A stretch of 64,000 nucleotides of DNA, from positions 64,001 to 128,000 of the IMG/VR virus record IMGVR_UViG_3300028624_000004, one strand, 5' to 3'. Shown here in pieces: positions 63,699 to 64,000 of this stretch; the first letter of the stretch is position 1, and each line of letters begins with the position of its first letter. The stretch comes from a virus (taxonomy: Duplodnaviria > Caudoviricetes). Under the pieces are notes generated by a model that saw nothing but the letters and a program-made list of their open reading frames with translations, had not been told where the DNA came from and did no database searches. The translations under genes were made by a program, and so were the position numbers.

Positions 63699-64000
63699 TT
63701 TACCGGAATCATTTGTTATTTCGGAGTCAAAAATAAATACTCAAACAGTTGACAGACTGATAAAAACTATTAATGGCAAGGATTGGGCAAGTGTTTGGAA
63801 GAAGCGCAATCTTAATGATTCCCCTAGCGATGTTGAAAAGATTCCAGAAATAGTTGCTGAAGTGACAAATGTAAGTAATAATGTTGACATGTCAACTCTT
63901 GAATACAATAAGACTCTTTGCAGTAAAGACATTAACCATCTATACGAACATACGCATGTCACGGTAGCATTTATCAATGTCACAAGAAACTTTGTGTTTT
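63682..64000 (+). CDS. ThyX-like (flavin-dependent thymidylate synthase fold) protein, 3'-truncated by window
   Basis: AAGGA RBS; frame open to the window end; LYEHTHVTVAFINVTR resembles the ThyX EH...TF....VSR motif. Confidence 0.5.
   Translation, partial: MEVQNNLPESFVISESKINTQTVDRLIKTINGKDWASVWKKRNLNDSPSDVEKIPEIVAEVTNVSNNVDMSTLEYNKTLCSKDINHLYEHTHVTVAFINVTRNFVF

Overview
This window looks like a 64-kb segment of a large, AT-rich, tailed dsDNA bacteriophage genome (jumbo-phage-like). It uses the standard genetic code, is very densely coding and is mostly on the + strand. Transcription signals are T4-like: recurrent (T/G/A)ATAAATA late-promoter motifs plus sigma70-type -10 boxes, many only 6-7 nt upstream of the ATG. 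1-11 kb holds Cys-rich/poly-Ser proteins, a glycan-building cluster (GT4, a WbdD-like methyltransferase-kinase, GT32, FkbM), guaC and a homing endonuclease cassette. 11-41 kb is a long virion fibre/decoration region with Gly-X-Thr collagen fibres, LamG, discoidin and beta-helix domains, duplicated modules, and an intein-containing GT4. 41-64 kb holds metabolic and accessory genes: RmlA-like, PRTase, deoC, ClpP, an adenine MTase with one in-frame TGA, thyA, GIY-YIG, an Acb1-like 2H phosphodiesterase, an LpxH-like enzyme, DHFR and a ThyX-like gene. It also contains a chimeric DNA ligase/intein/prenyltransferase ORF and a minus-strand two-component operon. The two strongest candidates for undescribed systems are (1) a phage-encoded membrane protein-receiver-histidine kinase operon gated by a perfect 15-bp RBS-sequestering hairpin whose loop contains a late promoter, and (2) a phage virion O-glycosylation pathway with a WbdD-like capping enzyme and poly-Ser/Gly-X-Thr acceptors. 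Sequence style hints at a PVC (Planctomycetota-like) host, which is inference only. All product calls come from motif recognition by eye; no database searches were run.
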